Positions 18,077-31,601 of a stretch of DNA of 64,000 nt are shown piece by piece. The notes beneath the pieces were generated by a model. The model had not been told where the DNA came from. It did no database searches and was given only the letters and a program-made list of their open reading frames with translations. The stretch's first letter is position 1; each line of letters starts with the position of its first letter. Origin of the DNA: the human T2T-CHM13v2.0 reference genome, Homo sapiens; NCBI RefSeq assembly GCF_009914755.1, contig NC_060927.1; one strand, 5' to 3'. The translations under genes were made by a program, and so were the position numbers.

Positions 18077-19689
18077 TGCAGTGGTTCGGCCGCAGCTACC
18101 TCTCTGCGGCGGCGCGTCCCCTGTGCTTGGTACGGCTCAGCCAGTCTCCCCCGAAGCCGCGAGCCCGCGCCCCTCAGTCGATAGAGCCCGCAGCCCCCAA
18201 TGTGGCCCGTAGCAGCTCCCTGCCCGCTAGGCCCGCGCCCGCCATGGTCCGTCCGCGCCGGGCCCCGTACCGCTCCGGCGCCGGGGACCCCCTCGGGGGG
18301 TCACGGCCGCCCCGCGCGGCCCCTCATAGTGCGCGCTGTCCGCTCCCGCTCCTGGCCAGCCAGCCCCCGAGGCCCGCAGTCTCTGCAGATCCGGGCCTGC
18401 TCGGCCCCTCCCGTGGAAGGTGCTCTTGTCTTCGGGGCGCTGGGTCCCATCGGTCCCTCCTCACCTGGGCTCACCCTCGGGGGCCTGGCCGTGAGCGAGC
18501 ACCGGCTCAGCAACAGGCTGCTGGCCTGGAGCGGCGTCCTCGAGTGACAGGAGAAGCGCAGACCCTACTGTGACTCCACTATAAAGTTGAGGCGGACCCT
18601 GCCCCGCCAAGCCTACGTGAACCAAGGCGAGAACCTGGAGACCAACCAGTGGCAGCAGAAGCTGATCATGCAGCTGATCCCGCAGCAGCTGATGACCACC
18701 CTGGGACCCCTGTTCCGCAACTCCCGGCTGGCACAGTTCCACTTCACTAACCGAGACTGCTGCTTGCTCAGTGGGCTCTGCCGCATCATGGGCAACGGCT
18801 TCGCGGGCTGCACGCTGTTTCCCCACATCTCCCCCTGCGAGATGTGCGTGCGCATGCTCCTGTACTCTTCCAAGAGGAAGATCTTCATGGGCTTCATCCC
18901 CTACGACCAGAGCGGCTTCGTCAGCGCCATCCGGCAGGTCATCACTACTCGCAAGCAAGCAGTGGGACCTGGTAGTGTCAACTCAGGCCCAGTCCAGATC
19001 GTCAACAACAAGTTCCTGGTGTGGAGAGGCGTCATGGAGTGGCAGGAACCCAGGCCTGAGCCCAAAAGTCGATCCAAGAGGTGGCTGCCGTCCCACGTCT
19101 ACGTGAACCAGGGGGAGATCATGAGGACCGACCAGTGGCCGAGGAAGCTGTAAATGCAGCTCATCCCGCAGCAGCTGCTGACCACCCTGTGCTGCTGTTG
19201 CGGAACTCGCGCCTGGTGCAGTTCCACTTCACCAAGGACCTGGAGACGCTGAAGAGCCTGTGCCAGATCAAGGACAATGGCTTCGCCGGCTGAGTGCATT
19301 TTTCCTACAAAGTGTTGTGCGAGATCCGCGTGCTCATGCTCCTGTACTCCTCTGAGAAGAAAATCTTCATCGGCCTCATCCTCCGTGACCAGGGCAACTT
19401 CCTCAACGGCATACGGCAAGTCATTGCCTACCAGCAGCAGGTCCTGCAGTGGAACCTGGAGCAGGAGCAGCAGCAGCAAGGAATGGAGGGTAGTGGCTAC
19501 CCAGGGCTGGGCCCCTCCAGGAGTCACAGACGAGGCCCCCGCAGAGACTGGTGACACGCTTCTGAGCAGGGGCCCCTGGGGACTTCGATTGCCCAGCAAC
19601 ATGGAGGATGGCGTCCTGAGGCTTCCAAGGACGGTCCTCACCCCTGTACGTTTCCCCAATAAAGCCTTTTAAAAACCAAAAAAAAAAAA
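18077..19689 (+). pseudogene. PTOV1P1: Processed pseudogene of PTOV1 (two tandem PTOV/ACID domains)
   Basis: Intronless copy from the 5'UTR through ATG 18244 ([14 protein letters not shown]) to ...EQEQQQQGM. Disabled by a frameshift at ~18300, TGA 18545, TAA 19151, a frameshift at ~19190 and TGA 19291. AATAAA at 19658-19663 and A-tail at 19678-19689. The symbol is from recall. Confidence 0.92.
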
Positions 19690-20084
19690 TTCGTAAAAAG
19701 TCAACTAACACTCAGCTGTGAACCCACGTAATCGTGGGATCTTTCCCAATGCAAGACTTTTAAGGACAATTTAAAATTTTTCTGTGCTACTTGTTCTATT
19801 TATACTATCCTTATTTCAGAGTCAATTTTGGTAATTTGTATTTTTACTAGGAAATCAGCTATTTTCTTTAGGATTCCAGTTTGTTGCTATGGGTTTCTCT
19901 TATTAAACTTTTAATTTCTCCTAATTTGTAGTTTTCTACAGAATTTTTAATTTTGTTACTTTTGCTCAGTCTTTTTTCTTAATCAGACCAGATCTTTTTC
20001 ATCTTTTGCAAAGGATTTTGTATTTATTTGTACATTCTACTGTTTTCTATTAAAATAATTTTAGCTTTTGTCTTTATACATTCT

Positions 20085-20407
20085 TTCTTTTCTTTTTTTT
20101 TTTTTTTTTTTTGAGGCAGAGTCTCACTGTCGCCCAGGCTGGAGTGCAGTTGCGTGATCTCGGCTCACTACAACCTGCGCCTCCGGGATCAAGCGATTCT
20201 TCTGCCTCAGCCTCCCGAGTAGCTGGGACTACAGTAGCTGGGACTACAGGCGCCCGCCACCACGCCCGGCTAATTTTTGTATTTTTTTTTAGTAGAGACG
20301 GGGTTTCACCATGTTGGCCAGGGTGGACTGAAACTCTTGACCTCGTGATCTGCCCACCTCGGCCTCCCAAAGTGCTGGGATTACAGGCATGAGCCACTGT
20401 GCCCGGC
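20085..20407 (-). mobile_element. AluS/Y with an internal 15-bp tandem duplication (GTAGCTGGGACTACA x2)
   Basis: Poly-T plus Alu; duplication at 20219-20248. Confidence 0.9.
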
Positions 20408-21083
20408 TCTCTTTCTAATTTTTAAAAATTGACTTTGTTGCTCTTTTTTTCTAATTTCTTGAAATGAAATCTAATATTATTTTTATATTATTTTATGAAA
20501 ACTTTAATGTACACATTTTCTTCTGAGTAATTTCCACTGTGTCATTTGGATTTTGGTAAAAAGTGTTCTCTTTTTCATTGCTTTATAGATATTTTATAAT
20601 TTAAAAAATTTTTTTCTGTGTGTGGTTTCTTACTATCTTTACATTATTTGTTTTCAATCTGTTGGCTTGAAATAAAGGAATGTGGTTTTTAGAGTCTGTT
20701 AAGGTTTTCTTCTTGGTCAAATATGACTGACTTTTGTAAATATTCTATCGGTACGAAAACATGTTTTCTTGTAGTTCGAGGGATGTTAGAGCTTACACAT
20801 AGATACCACATCATTTATTAATTGTATTATTTAATTCCTATGCCATCCCACATTTGCTATATACCAAATTTATCCAATTCTGAAAAAAAAGTTTAAGTTT
20901 TCCAATATAATTTTATTTAATCAAATTCTTCTTTTATTTCTTACAGGTTTTGCTTCATATATCTAGCTATTATGTTGTTTTGTATCTGCACTTACACATT
21001 CTCCATCTGTAATTATCTAGATATCTTTTGTCTATATATGTCTTTATATTGATTTATTTGTTCTACATTTTGTTGCTCACTAC

Positions 21084-21711
21084 TGAAGCAGTGTTGTTTG
21101 TCTGGGGTAATACCCCAGGTTCATTGCCTCACACCAAGGAAATCAAGGAAACGGACTAAGAAGGAGTGAGTTTAAGAGTGAAAGTTTAATAGGCAAAAGA
21201 GAAAAGCTCCCTTGTGCAGAGGGAGGGGGTTCCAAACGGATCTCCCGGAACCTGGCAAGATGCGGCTGGTTTTACGGATGGGCTTGAGGAGGTGGTGTCT
21301 GATTTGCAGAGGGTGCAGAGAATTGGTTGGACCAGATGTGTCATTTGTATAGCATCTGAAGAGGCTGGCCACTGCACCCTAATCTTTTATTATGCAAAGG
21401 AATTTTCTACCTGGCTGGCACCATGTTCCCTGTTTCTTTACTGCACACATGGTGACAAAGAAAATGGAAGATGGAGCTTCCATGTTGAACATGCCTGGCC
21501 CCAGATAGCCTTTTCCTATTGGCACAGCTGCCGGCATTCACCTGCACAAGCTTCCAGCTTGCTTATCTATGTCTGCAGCTCGATTTTACTGGCTGCTGTT
21601 TGTTAGAAAAGAAATGGTTTTGGGGCTGTTTTTTGTTAAAAGTGAAGCCTCACCGAGGACTCTCTTACCCTCACTAACTGCCTAAATAATTTCTTTTCAG
21701 CTCCTATATCT
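21084..21711 (-). mobile_element. Solo ERV1 LTR, LTR9-like (HUERS-P3)
   Basis: Minus-strand start (A)GATATAGGAGCTGAAAAGAAATTATTTAGGCAG; 4-bp TSD CTAC (21080-21083/21712-21715). Confidence 0.75.
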
Positions 21712-22320
21712 CTACCATTTCTTCCCTTCTTTATCATCTTGTAGTTTCTCTTATGGTTAATCTATCATCTGGCTAGAGTCACTTCTTAAGTATTTTCTTA
21801 GGGTGGGAAAATGTAGGCATTAGTCTTTGACTTCATACATACCTACAAATAATTTCTTCCTATCACTCTGACAACTAAATGATTCTTTGGCTGGTCAAGA
21901 AATTCTTGAGTTGGAGTCCTTGCATTTCAGAAGTCTGCAGATATTCCACTAACTTCTAGCTGCTGCTGATGCACAAGAAGTCTGATTCTGTTTGCATTAT
22001 AATTAATAAGGCAATTTATTTTTTCTGAGTGGAAAAGTTTGTAAAGATTTCTTTTTTTCCTTAGAGTTCCAGAATCTTTCCAGAATATTGCTAAGGGTGT
22101 GTGTGTGTGTGTGAATTTATCAATCAAGCCTGGACTTGTTGAATCCATTTAATCTGTAGATTCAGGTATTTCTTGGTCCAAAAATTTTTCTCCTTTCTTA
22201 TGTTGCTTTTCCTTCTATGTGTCTTTTTCCCCATCTGGATCTCCCAATATAATATGCTAAACTTCTTGGATCTATCCTCAAAATGTCACATATCCTTTCT
22301 CTCATGATTTTAATTGCTTT

Positions 22321-22773
22321 TGTGAACCCAGAAAATCTGAAACAGGTCTCAATTAATTTAGAAAGTTTATTTTGCCAAGGTTGAGGATGCGTCATGACAC
22401 AGCTTCAGGAAGTCCTGATGACATGTGCCCACAGTGGTCAGGGCAAAGCTTGGCTTTATACATTTGGGGAGACATGAGACATTAATCAATGTATGTAAGA
22501 AGTACATTGGTTCAGTCTGGAAAGGCAGGACAACTTGAACTAAAGGCAGGAAGCAGGGAGGGAGCTTCCAGGTCACAGATAGGTGATACACAAATGGTTA
22601 CATTTTTTTGAGTTTCTGATTAGCCTTTCCAAAGGAGGGTAAGTCAGATATGTATCTATGTCGGTGAGCAGAGGAGTGACTTTGAATAAAACGGGAGGCA
22701 TGTTTGCCCTAAGCAGTTTCCAGCTTGAGTTTTCCTTAGTGATTCTGGGGGCCTAAGATATTTTCCTTTTATA
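22321..22773 (-). mobile_element. Solo MER4A1-like ERV1 LTR
   Basis: Minus-strand start TATAAAAGGAAAATATCTTAGGCCCCCAGAATCACTAAGG; 4-bp TSD CTTT (22317-22320/22774-22777). Confidence 0.8.
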
Positions 22774-23003
22774 CTTTATATCTTTCCTCCTTGTTCTAAG
22801 CTATTTTCCCCATTTGATCATCTAGCCCACTAATTTGGGTCTCAACAGTGATCATCTCCTTTCACTCATGTAAGGAATTTGAAGTTGCAAAATCTTTTAT
22901 TTCTTTTTTTTTTCCTTTAGATATTAATATATTGTTTTTTGCTTTGTTGACTCAGTGGGGCTCATGATTGGTTGTGGAGTATCCTGAGAAGCAGGAGTCA
23001 TAG

Positions 23004-23454
23004 TAAGGGAGGAGAACACCCCTCTTATTGTCTTATGCCCAATTTCTGCCTCCAAAGAAAAAAGAATTAAAAACTGAAGGGCAGAAATGAAATCCACAGG
23101 CAGGCAGCCCAGCAACGTGCCTTGGGCCTAGTAGTTAACAATCAACTCCTGACTTAACTGCTTGTGTCCCAGACATTGTATGGAAAAGCATCGTGAAAAT
23201 CCCTGTCCTGTTCTGTTCCATTCTGATTACCGGTGCATGCAGCCCCCAGTCAGGTACCCCCTGCTTGCTCAATCGATCATGACCCTCTCACTCGACCTCC
23301 TTAGAGTTGTAAGCCCTTAAAAGGGACAGGAATTGCTCACTCGGGGAGCTCGGTTTTTTTGAGACATAAGTCTGCTGATGCTCCTGGCCAATAAAGCCCT
23401 TTCCTTCCTCAACTCGGTGTCTGAGGGGTTTTGTCTGTGGCTTGTCCTGCTACA
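23004..23454 (+). mobile_element. LTR2-family (HERV-E/Harlequin) 5' LTR
   Basis: TAAGGGAGGAGAACACCCCTCTTATTGTCTTATGCCCAATTTCTGCC...CTTGTCCTGCTACA; internal AATAAA at ~23390. Confidence 0.85.
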
Positions 23455-24350
23455 TTTCTTGGTTCCCTGATCTGGAAGCAAGGTGATAAGCGGATGGTCG
23501 AGGCAGCCCCTTAGGCGGCTTAGGCCTGCCCAGTGGAGCATCCCTGTGGGAGACTCTGGCCAGCTTTGGCGATGCGAATCCTGAGAGCGCTCCCCGGTAG
23601 GCAATTGCCCCAGTGGAACGCCTCCAGAGCAGTGCACGGTAGGCCCCCGCGGAGGATTAATGCAGCGGCTGAACACCGGGAAGGAATTGGCGCTTGGAGT
23701 CCGGACATCTGGAACACGGTAAGACCGGTCTTCGAACTTGCCCACTCCATCTGAGTGGAAGTGTGGCCTGATCACCCATGGCGTGCCTTTTTGGCACCTT
23801 GGTTTTGGTTTTGATTTTGACTAGATTTGCACTGTTTTGGTTTAGATTTCAGTATTGACTTTTGGTTTTGAACTGTTTTGGCTTTGATTTCGGTTCTGAC
23901 TTGGCTCAAATTGCTTGATGAATAAGTAACTCCTTATCCATACTTTGGTTTTAGTGTGAATTGCTTGGTGAGTGAGTGACTTTTTGCCCCTTTTTCCCTT
24001 CCCTCTTTGTGGTAAGAGTGTTGTTTTGTCTCCTGAGGAAAATGAGTAAAACACAAAGTAAGCCTACCTTGTTAGGAACTATGTTAAAGAATTTCAAGAA
24101 AGGATTCAATGGGGTTAATTTTGCCACATATCACCTTGTGAGGTTTATTATAGGAGGGTGTAGGTAGTTTGTTTATGCTTCCCACGACCTCCCACTGTGC
24201 GGTCCAGATGGTTTGTAATTGGGGTTTGCTTACTGCAGCAAGGTCTGATAAGTGAAGTCTGCTGGCTTCACCGTGGTGCCTAGACAAGGGCTTAGAAATG
24301 TAAAGAGACTTGGGGGAAGTGTGGGCAGCACCAAGAAGCTTTCTTGGGGG
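23455..24350 (+). mobile_element. Truncated HERV-E/Harlequin internal region (PBS, leader, gag start)
   Basis: PBS TGGTTCCCTGATCTGGAA (23460-23477) is a 16/18 complement of the tRNA-Glu 3' end; gag-like start at ATG 24042 (MSKTQSKPTLLGTMLKNFKKGFNG); no 3' LTR; right boundary approximate. Confidence 0.75.
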
Positions 24351-24590
24351 AGTCTGTCCCTAACAACTCCTGTGTGCCTTGACGTTTATAGTGGTGGGAA
24401 GAACTGTGGATTGGGAGAAAGTGAGAGCAGCAAGATTTTAGAGCCAGACCAAGGTACAAAAATAACATAATGGGTAGTGCACACGTCTTAGTGTCACTGT
24501 GCTTCTCTGATGACATAAACAATTTAAAAGTTATCTGCACATCTAATATGGCTAGCACAAATCACAAGAACCTTAGAAAATACTTCCTTT

Positions 24591-24924
<334 letters not shown>

Positions 24925-25114
24925 TTAGTGACCATTGTTAAGCTTCAGAATTCCTAAAGAAGAAAAATCTTCTGGGAGTTATTTAAACATAGGATATGTT
25001 TTTACCCTAATGGATTAATTGTCCTTTTGCAAAAAGTGGTGTGATGATGACTTCTCAAGTTCTTGCTGCTAATCCTTTGATTCTATGTTTTCTTAGAACT
25101 AGAAAGAAATTCCT

Positions 25115-28100
25115 GGCTCTCTCTCTAAGATGGCCAACTACACGCAGCCAGGAGGAACATCTCCCCCCAAGGGACTAGGACATCCGAAGACTGGCAGACC
25201 TTGTCTGACCAGCAGAGTGCTCCAGCAGAGTGGCCCCTATGGACACACACCAGCCTGCCTGTGCCCTCCCTCCACTGCAGCCTCCCCCATGCCACTTTGA
25301 CTGCATGCACTTGCCCACAGCCACCCCCTGCATCACTGTGCCAGTGTATGTGTATGAAGGCAGACTTTGCCTTACCTTCCCTGCCAGTATGTGTGGGTGT
25401 GTGCACCCTGCCATGTCACTGCTGCCAGGGTGACTGCACCCTGCTCCCCTCCCCCGTCACAATGCCATTGTTGTCAGATGGTGGTGAGCATGGAGCTTGC
25501 CAGTCCTACCCCTGCAAGTGCCCTGCCTCTGTGCCAACACTGCCACTGGCACATAACTAGTCATGGAGAATAGTGAACCCACCCTTGCTCTGACCAGCCA
25601 CTGCTGTGGGTGTGAATGTGCACAGAGACCTCACACAGTCCTGCACCCTCCAGTGCCCCAACCCTGTACTAATACCACCACCAGAGGAACATGCACACAG
25701 CCCCATGAAGGCTGCCACCCTAGTACCCACTAGTACCCTGCTGTAGCTGATGAGCATGCAGTATGCATCCCACCATGCTGCTGCTGCTGCTGCAGCTGGC
25801 ACAGGCAAATTAGGACAGATCACACTGTCACCCTGCTATGATGTGCTTTGGATGGCATCACCCATTAGAGTATTGTGACCAGTAGTCTGGGAACACCTTG
25901 GCCCCTCCAGCACAATAGGTTCATAACCTCGAGGAGCCAGAGAACAAAGTTGGGGCTCAATACCAGTCTCCCAGAGTTAGAACATGCAGTCCAGGAGTCC
26001 TGAGCTGAAGCTTGGCCCCCTAAAATCTTCCAGAAATGAAGTCAGTCACCTGAACCCAACACTACTATAATCAGGTCCCCAAGGTCACCAAATAGGATAA
26101 AGACAAAAAAGACAGCAACTTCAAAGATGGAAAGAATAAAAGCCCACAAAGATAAGAAAAAACCAGCACCATAACTCTGACAACTCAAAAAGCCAGAGTG
26201 CCTTCATTCCTCCAAACAACTGTACTTGTTCTCCAGCAAGGGTTCTTACCTGGCTGAGATGGCTGAAATGACAGAAATAGAATTCAGAATATGGATAGGA
26301 ATGATCATTGAGGTTCAGGAGAATGTTGAAACCCAATCTAAGGAAGCTAAGAATCACAATTAAATGATACAGAGCTGGCAGACAAAGTACCCAGTATAGA
26401 AAGAATATAACCAACCTGAAAGAACTGAAAAACACTCTACAAGAACTTCATAATGCAATTGTAATTAATAGCACAATAAACCAAGCTAAGGAAAGAATCT
26501 CAGAGCTTAAAGACTGACATTCTGAAGACAGACAAGAATAAAGAAAAAATATTGAAAAGGAATAAACAAAACCTCCAAGAAATGAGGGATTATGCAAAGA
26601 GACCAAATCTATGACTCACTGATGTCCCTGAAAGAGAGACTGGTACCAATTTGGAGAATGGTACCAATTTGGAACATATATTTCAGGATATCATCCAAGA
26701 GAATTTCCCCAACCTAGCTAGAGAGGCCAACATTCAAATTCAGGAAATGCAAAGAAACACAGTAAGATACTTCACAAGAAGATCATCCCCTAGACACGTA
26801 ATCATCAGATTCTCCAAGGTCGAAATGAAAGAAAAAAATTTAAAGGCAGCTAGAGAGAAAGGCCAGGTCACCTACAAAGGGAAGCCCATCCAACTAACAG
26901 CAGACCTCTTGGCAGAGACCCTATAAGCCAGAAGAGATTGGGGCCTATATTCAACATTCTTAGAGAAAATAAATTCCAACTAAGAATTTCTTGTCTGCCC
27001 AAACTAAACTTCATAAGCAAAGGAGAAATAAGAAATTGCAAATGCTGAGGGAATTTGTTACCACCAGACCTCCCTCAAAAGAGCTCCTGAAAGAGGCACT
27101 AAATATGGAAAGACCATTACAAGCTACTATAAAAACACTCTTAAGTACACAGACCAGTGACACTATAAAGCAACCACACAAAGAAGTCAGCATAATAAAC
27201 AGGTAATGACATGAAGACAGGATCAAATCCACACATATCAATACTAACTTTGAATGTAAATCGACTAAATGCTCCAAGTTAAAGAGACAGAGTGGCAAGC
27301 TGGATAAAGAAGCAAGACACAATAGTATGCTGTCGTCAAGAAACCCATATTATATGCAATGACACCCATAGGCTCAAAATTAAGGGATGGAGAAAAATTT
27401 ACCAAGCAAACAAGGACAAAAATAAAAAAAAATAGGAATTGTAATCCTAACTTCATACAAAACATACTTTAAACCAACAAAGATCAAAAAAGACAAAGAG
27501 GACATTCCATAATGGTAAAGGGTTCAATTCAACAAGAAGACCTAGCTCTCCTGAATATATATGCACCCAACACAGGAGCACCCAGATTCATAGAGCAAGT
27601 TCCTAGAGACCTTCAAAGAAACTTAGACCCCCACACAATAATAGGGGGAGGCTTCAATGCCCCATTAACAGTATTAGACAGATCATTGAAGCAGAAAATG
27701 AACAAAGATAATCAGGACCTGAACTCAACACTGGACCAAATGGACCTCATGGACATCTACAGAACTGTCCATACAAAAACAACAGAAAATACATTCTTCT
27801 CATCAACACACATTCTATATCAACCACACACTTGGACATAAAACAATTCTCACCAAATGCAAAAACCCCAAAATTACACCAACCACTCTCTCAGACCACA
27901 ATGCAATAAAAATAGAACTCAAGACTAACAAAATTGCTCAAAACCATACGATTACTTTGAAATCAAACAACATGCTCCTGAATGACTTTTGGTAAACAAT
28001 TAAATTAAGGCAGAAATCAAGAAGTTCTTTGAAACTAATGAGAACAAAAAAACAACATACCAGAATCTCTGGGACACAGCTAAGGCAGTATTAAGAGGGA

Positions 28101-31100
28101 AATTTATAGCACTAAATGCCCACATCAAAAAGTTAGAAAGATGGCTGGGTGCAGTGGCTCATACTTGTAATCCCAGCATTTTGGGAGGCTAAGACAGCAG
28201 ATCACTTGAGGTCATGAGTTTGAGACCAGCCTGGCCAACATGGTGAAACTGTCTCTACTAAAAATACAAAAATTAGCCAGGCGTGGTAGTGCATGCCTGT
28301 GATCCCAGTTACGCAGGAGGCTGAGGCAGGAGAATTGCTTGAACCCTGGAAACAGAGGTTCTAGTGAGCTGAGATCACACCACTGTATTCCAGCCTATCA
28401 TAACTAAATAACTAGAGAAGCAAGAGAAAACCAACCCCAAGCTTAGCAGAAGACAATAAATAAGCAAAATCGGAGCTGAACTGAAGACAATTGAGACACA
28501 AAAAATTCAAAAGATCAGTGAATCTAGGAGCTGACTTTTTGAAAAAGTTAGTAAGACAGACTGCTAGCTAGACTAATAAAGAAGAAAATAAAGAAGATCC
28601 AACTAAACAAAATTAGAAAGGACAAGGAGGATATTACTACTGACCCTACAGAAGTACAAATAACTATCAGAGACTACTATGAACAACTCTATTCCTCCAG
28701 ACTAGAAGAAATGGACAAATTCCTAGATACATACAGCCTCGTAAGACTGAACTAGGAAGAAACTGAATCCCTGAACAGACTAATAACAAGCTCTGAAATT
28801 GAATCTGTAACAAATAGCCAACCAATCAAAAAAGGCCCAGGACCAGATGGATTCACAGCCAATTTTTACCAAATATACAAAGAAGAGCCGATACCACTTC
28901 TACTGAAACTATTCCCAAAAACTGAGAAGGAGAGACTCCTCCTCAACTCATTCTATGAAGCCAGCATCATCTTCATACCAAAACATGGCAGAGACACACA
29001 CAAAAAAGAAAACTTCAGGCCAATATTCTTGTTGAACATTGATGGAAAAATCCGCAACAAAATACCAGCAAACCAAATCCAGCAGCAAAAGCTAATCCAC
29101 CACTATCAAGTAGGCTCTATCCCTGGGATGCAAGGTTAGTTTAACATATACAAACCAATAAATGTGATTCATCACATAAACATAACTAGACAAAAACCAC
29201 ATGATCATCTCAATAGATGCAGAAAAGGCTTTCCATAAAATTCAACATCCCTTCATGTTAAAAACTCTCAACGAACTAGGTATTGAAGGAACATACCTCA
29301 AAATAAGAGCCATCTATGACAAACCCACAGCCAACATTATACTGAAGGGCAAAAGCTGGAAGCATTCCCTTTGAAAAGTGGCACAAAACAAAGATGCCCT
29401 CTCTCACCACTCCTATTAAACATAATATTGAAATTCCTGGCCAGAGCAATCAGGCAAAAGAAAGAAATAAACGGCATCCAAATAGGAAGAGAGGAAGTCA
29501 AACTATCCCTAGTTGAAAGATGACATGACTTTATATCTAGAAAACTCCATAGTCTTGGCCCCAAAATTCCTTTGACAAACAACTTTGGCAAAGTTTCAGG
29601 ATACAAAATCAATGTGCAAAAATCACCAGCATTGCAATATACTAATAACAGCCAAGCTGAGAACAAAATGAGGAACACAATCCAATTCACAATTGCCACA
29701 AAAAGAATAAAATACCTAGGAATACAACTAACCAGGCAGGTGAAAGTGAAAGATCTCTACAATGAGCACTACAAAACACTGCTCAAAGAAATCAGAGATG
29801 ACACAAACAAATGAAAAAACATTCCATGCTCATGGATAGGAAGAATCAGTATCATTAAAATGGCTATACTGTCCAAAACAATTTACAGATTCAGCACTAT
29901 TCCTATCAAACTACCAATGACATTCTTCACAGAATTAGAAAAAAATTATTTTAAAATTCATATGGAACCAGAAAAGAGCCTAAATAGCCAAGGGAATCCT
30001 AAACAAAAAGAACAAAGCAAGAGGCATCATGCTACCTGACTACACATGGTTTTGTACCAGCATAGTACTGGTTCAAAAACAGACACATAGACCAATGGAA
30101 CAGAATAGAGAGTTCAGAAACAGGGCCACACACCTACAACCATCTGATCTTCAACAAAGCTGACAAAAGCAGGCAATGGGGAAAGGACTTCCTATTCAAT
30201 AAATAGTGATGGAGTAACTGGCTAGCCACAGGCAGAAGACTGAAACTGGACCCCTTCCTTACACCAAATACAAAAATCAACCCAAGATGGATTAAAGACT
30301 TAAATATAAAGCCCAAAACTATAAAAACTCTGGAAGACAATATAAGCAATATCATTCTGGACCTAGGAATGGGCAGAGATTTTACGACGAAGATGCAAAA
30401 GCAAGAGCAGCAAAAGCAAAAATTGACAAATGGGATCTAACTAAACTTAAGAGCTTCTGCACAGTAAAAGAAACTATCAACAGAGTAAATAAACAACCTA
30501 CAGAATGGGAGAAAATATCTGAAAACTATGCATCTGACAAAGATCTAATATCCAGCATCTATAAAGAAATTAAATAAGTTTACAAGGAAAAAAACCCCAA
30601 ACAACCCCATTTAAAAATGGGCAAAGGACATGAACAGACACTTTTCAAAAGAAGACATACACATAGCCAACAAGCATATGGAAAAAAAGCTCAACAGTAT
30701 AGATCATTAGTGAAATGCAAATCAAAACCACAATAAGATACCATATGACACCAGTTAGAATGGATATTAAAGTCCAAAAATAACAGATGTTGGTGAGGTT
30801 GTGGAGAAAAAAAGAACACTTATACATCATTGGTGGTAGTGTAAATTAGTTCAACCATTGTGGAAAGCAGTGTGGCAATTCCTCAAATAGCTAAAAACAA
30901 AACTACTCTCCAACTCAGCAATCCCATTGCTGGGTACATACTGAGAGGAACATAAAGCATTCTACCATAAAGACACATGTATGCAAATGTACACTGCAGC
31001 ACTATTCACAATAGCAAAGACATGGAATCAACCTAAATGCCCATCAATGAAAGACTGGATAAAGAAAATATGATACATATACACCATGGAATACTATGCA

Positions 31101-31445
31101 GCCATAAAAATGAATGAGATCATGTCCTTTGCAGGCATATGGATGGAGTTGGAGGCCATTATCCTTTGCAAACTAACGCAGGAACAGAAAGCCAAATACT
31201 GATGTTCTCACTTATAACTGAGTGCTAAATGATGAGAGCACATGGACACAAAGGAGAAGAACAGACACTGGGGCCTATCTGAGGGTGGAATAAGGGAGGA
31301 GGAAGAGGATCAGAAAAAATAACTATTGGGTACTAAACTTAGTACCTGGGTGATGAAATAATCTGTACAACAAACCCCTGTGACACGAGTTTATGTATAT
31401 AACAAACCTGCTCACATATCCCTGAACTTAAAAGTTTAAAAAAAG
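25115..31445 (+). mobile_element. Full-length decayed LINE-1 (L1PA13-16-like)
   Basis: 5'UTR begins ...AAGATGGCCAACTA; ORF1 (IFQDIIQENFPNLAREANIQIQEMQR) and ORF2 (MVKGSIQQEDL...) fragments; 3'UTR ends CCCTGAACTTAAAAGTTTAAAAAAA. Confidence 0.93.
28143..28396 (+). mobile_element. AluS lacking its tail, inside L1 ORF2
   Basis: Alu stops at ...CCAGCCT and L1 resumes without an A-tail or TSD. Confidence 0.85.
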
Positions 31446-31601
31446 ATTTTAGCTGCTCTTATCACAAAAAAGTAACTATGTAAGATGATAGATATGTTAA
31501 TCTGCTTTGTTATAGTATCCATTTTACAATCTATATGTATCCCACAACATCATGTTGTAAACCTCAAATATACACACTAAAATTTATTTTAAAATAAAAA
31601 A
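31446..31601 (+). mobile_element. L1MA-type 3' end lying inside the TSD of the L1PA
   Basis: GATTTTAGCTGCTCTTATCACAAAAAAGTAACTATGTAAGATGATAGATATGTTAA...AACATCATGTTGTAAACCTCAAATATACAC; TSD AAAGAAATTCCT at 25103-25114 and 31602-31613. Confidence 0.7.

Noticed and set aside
18461-19659. Minus-strand ORFs of 165 and 186 aa over the pseudogene
   Set aside because: Antisense shadows of GC3-rich PTOV1 codons
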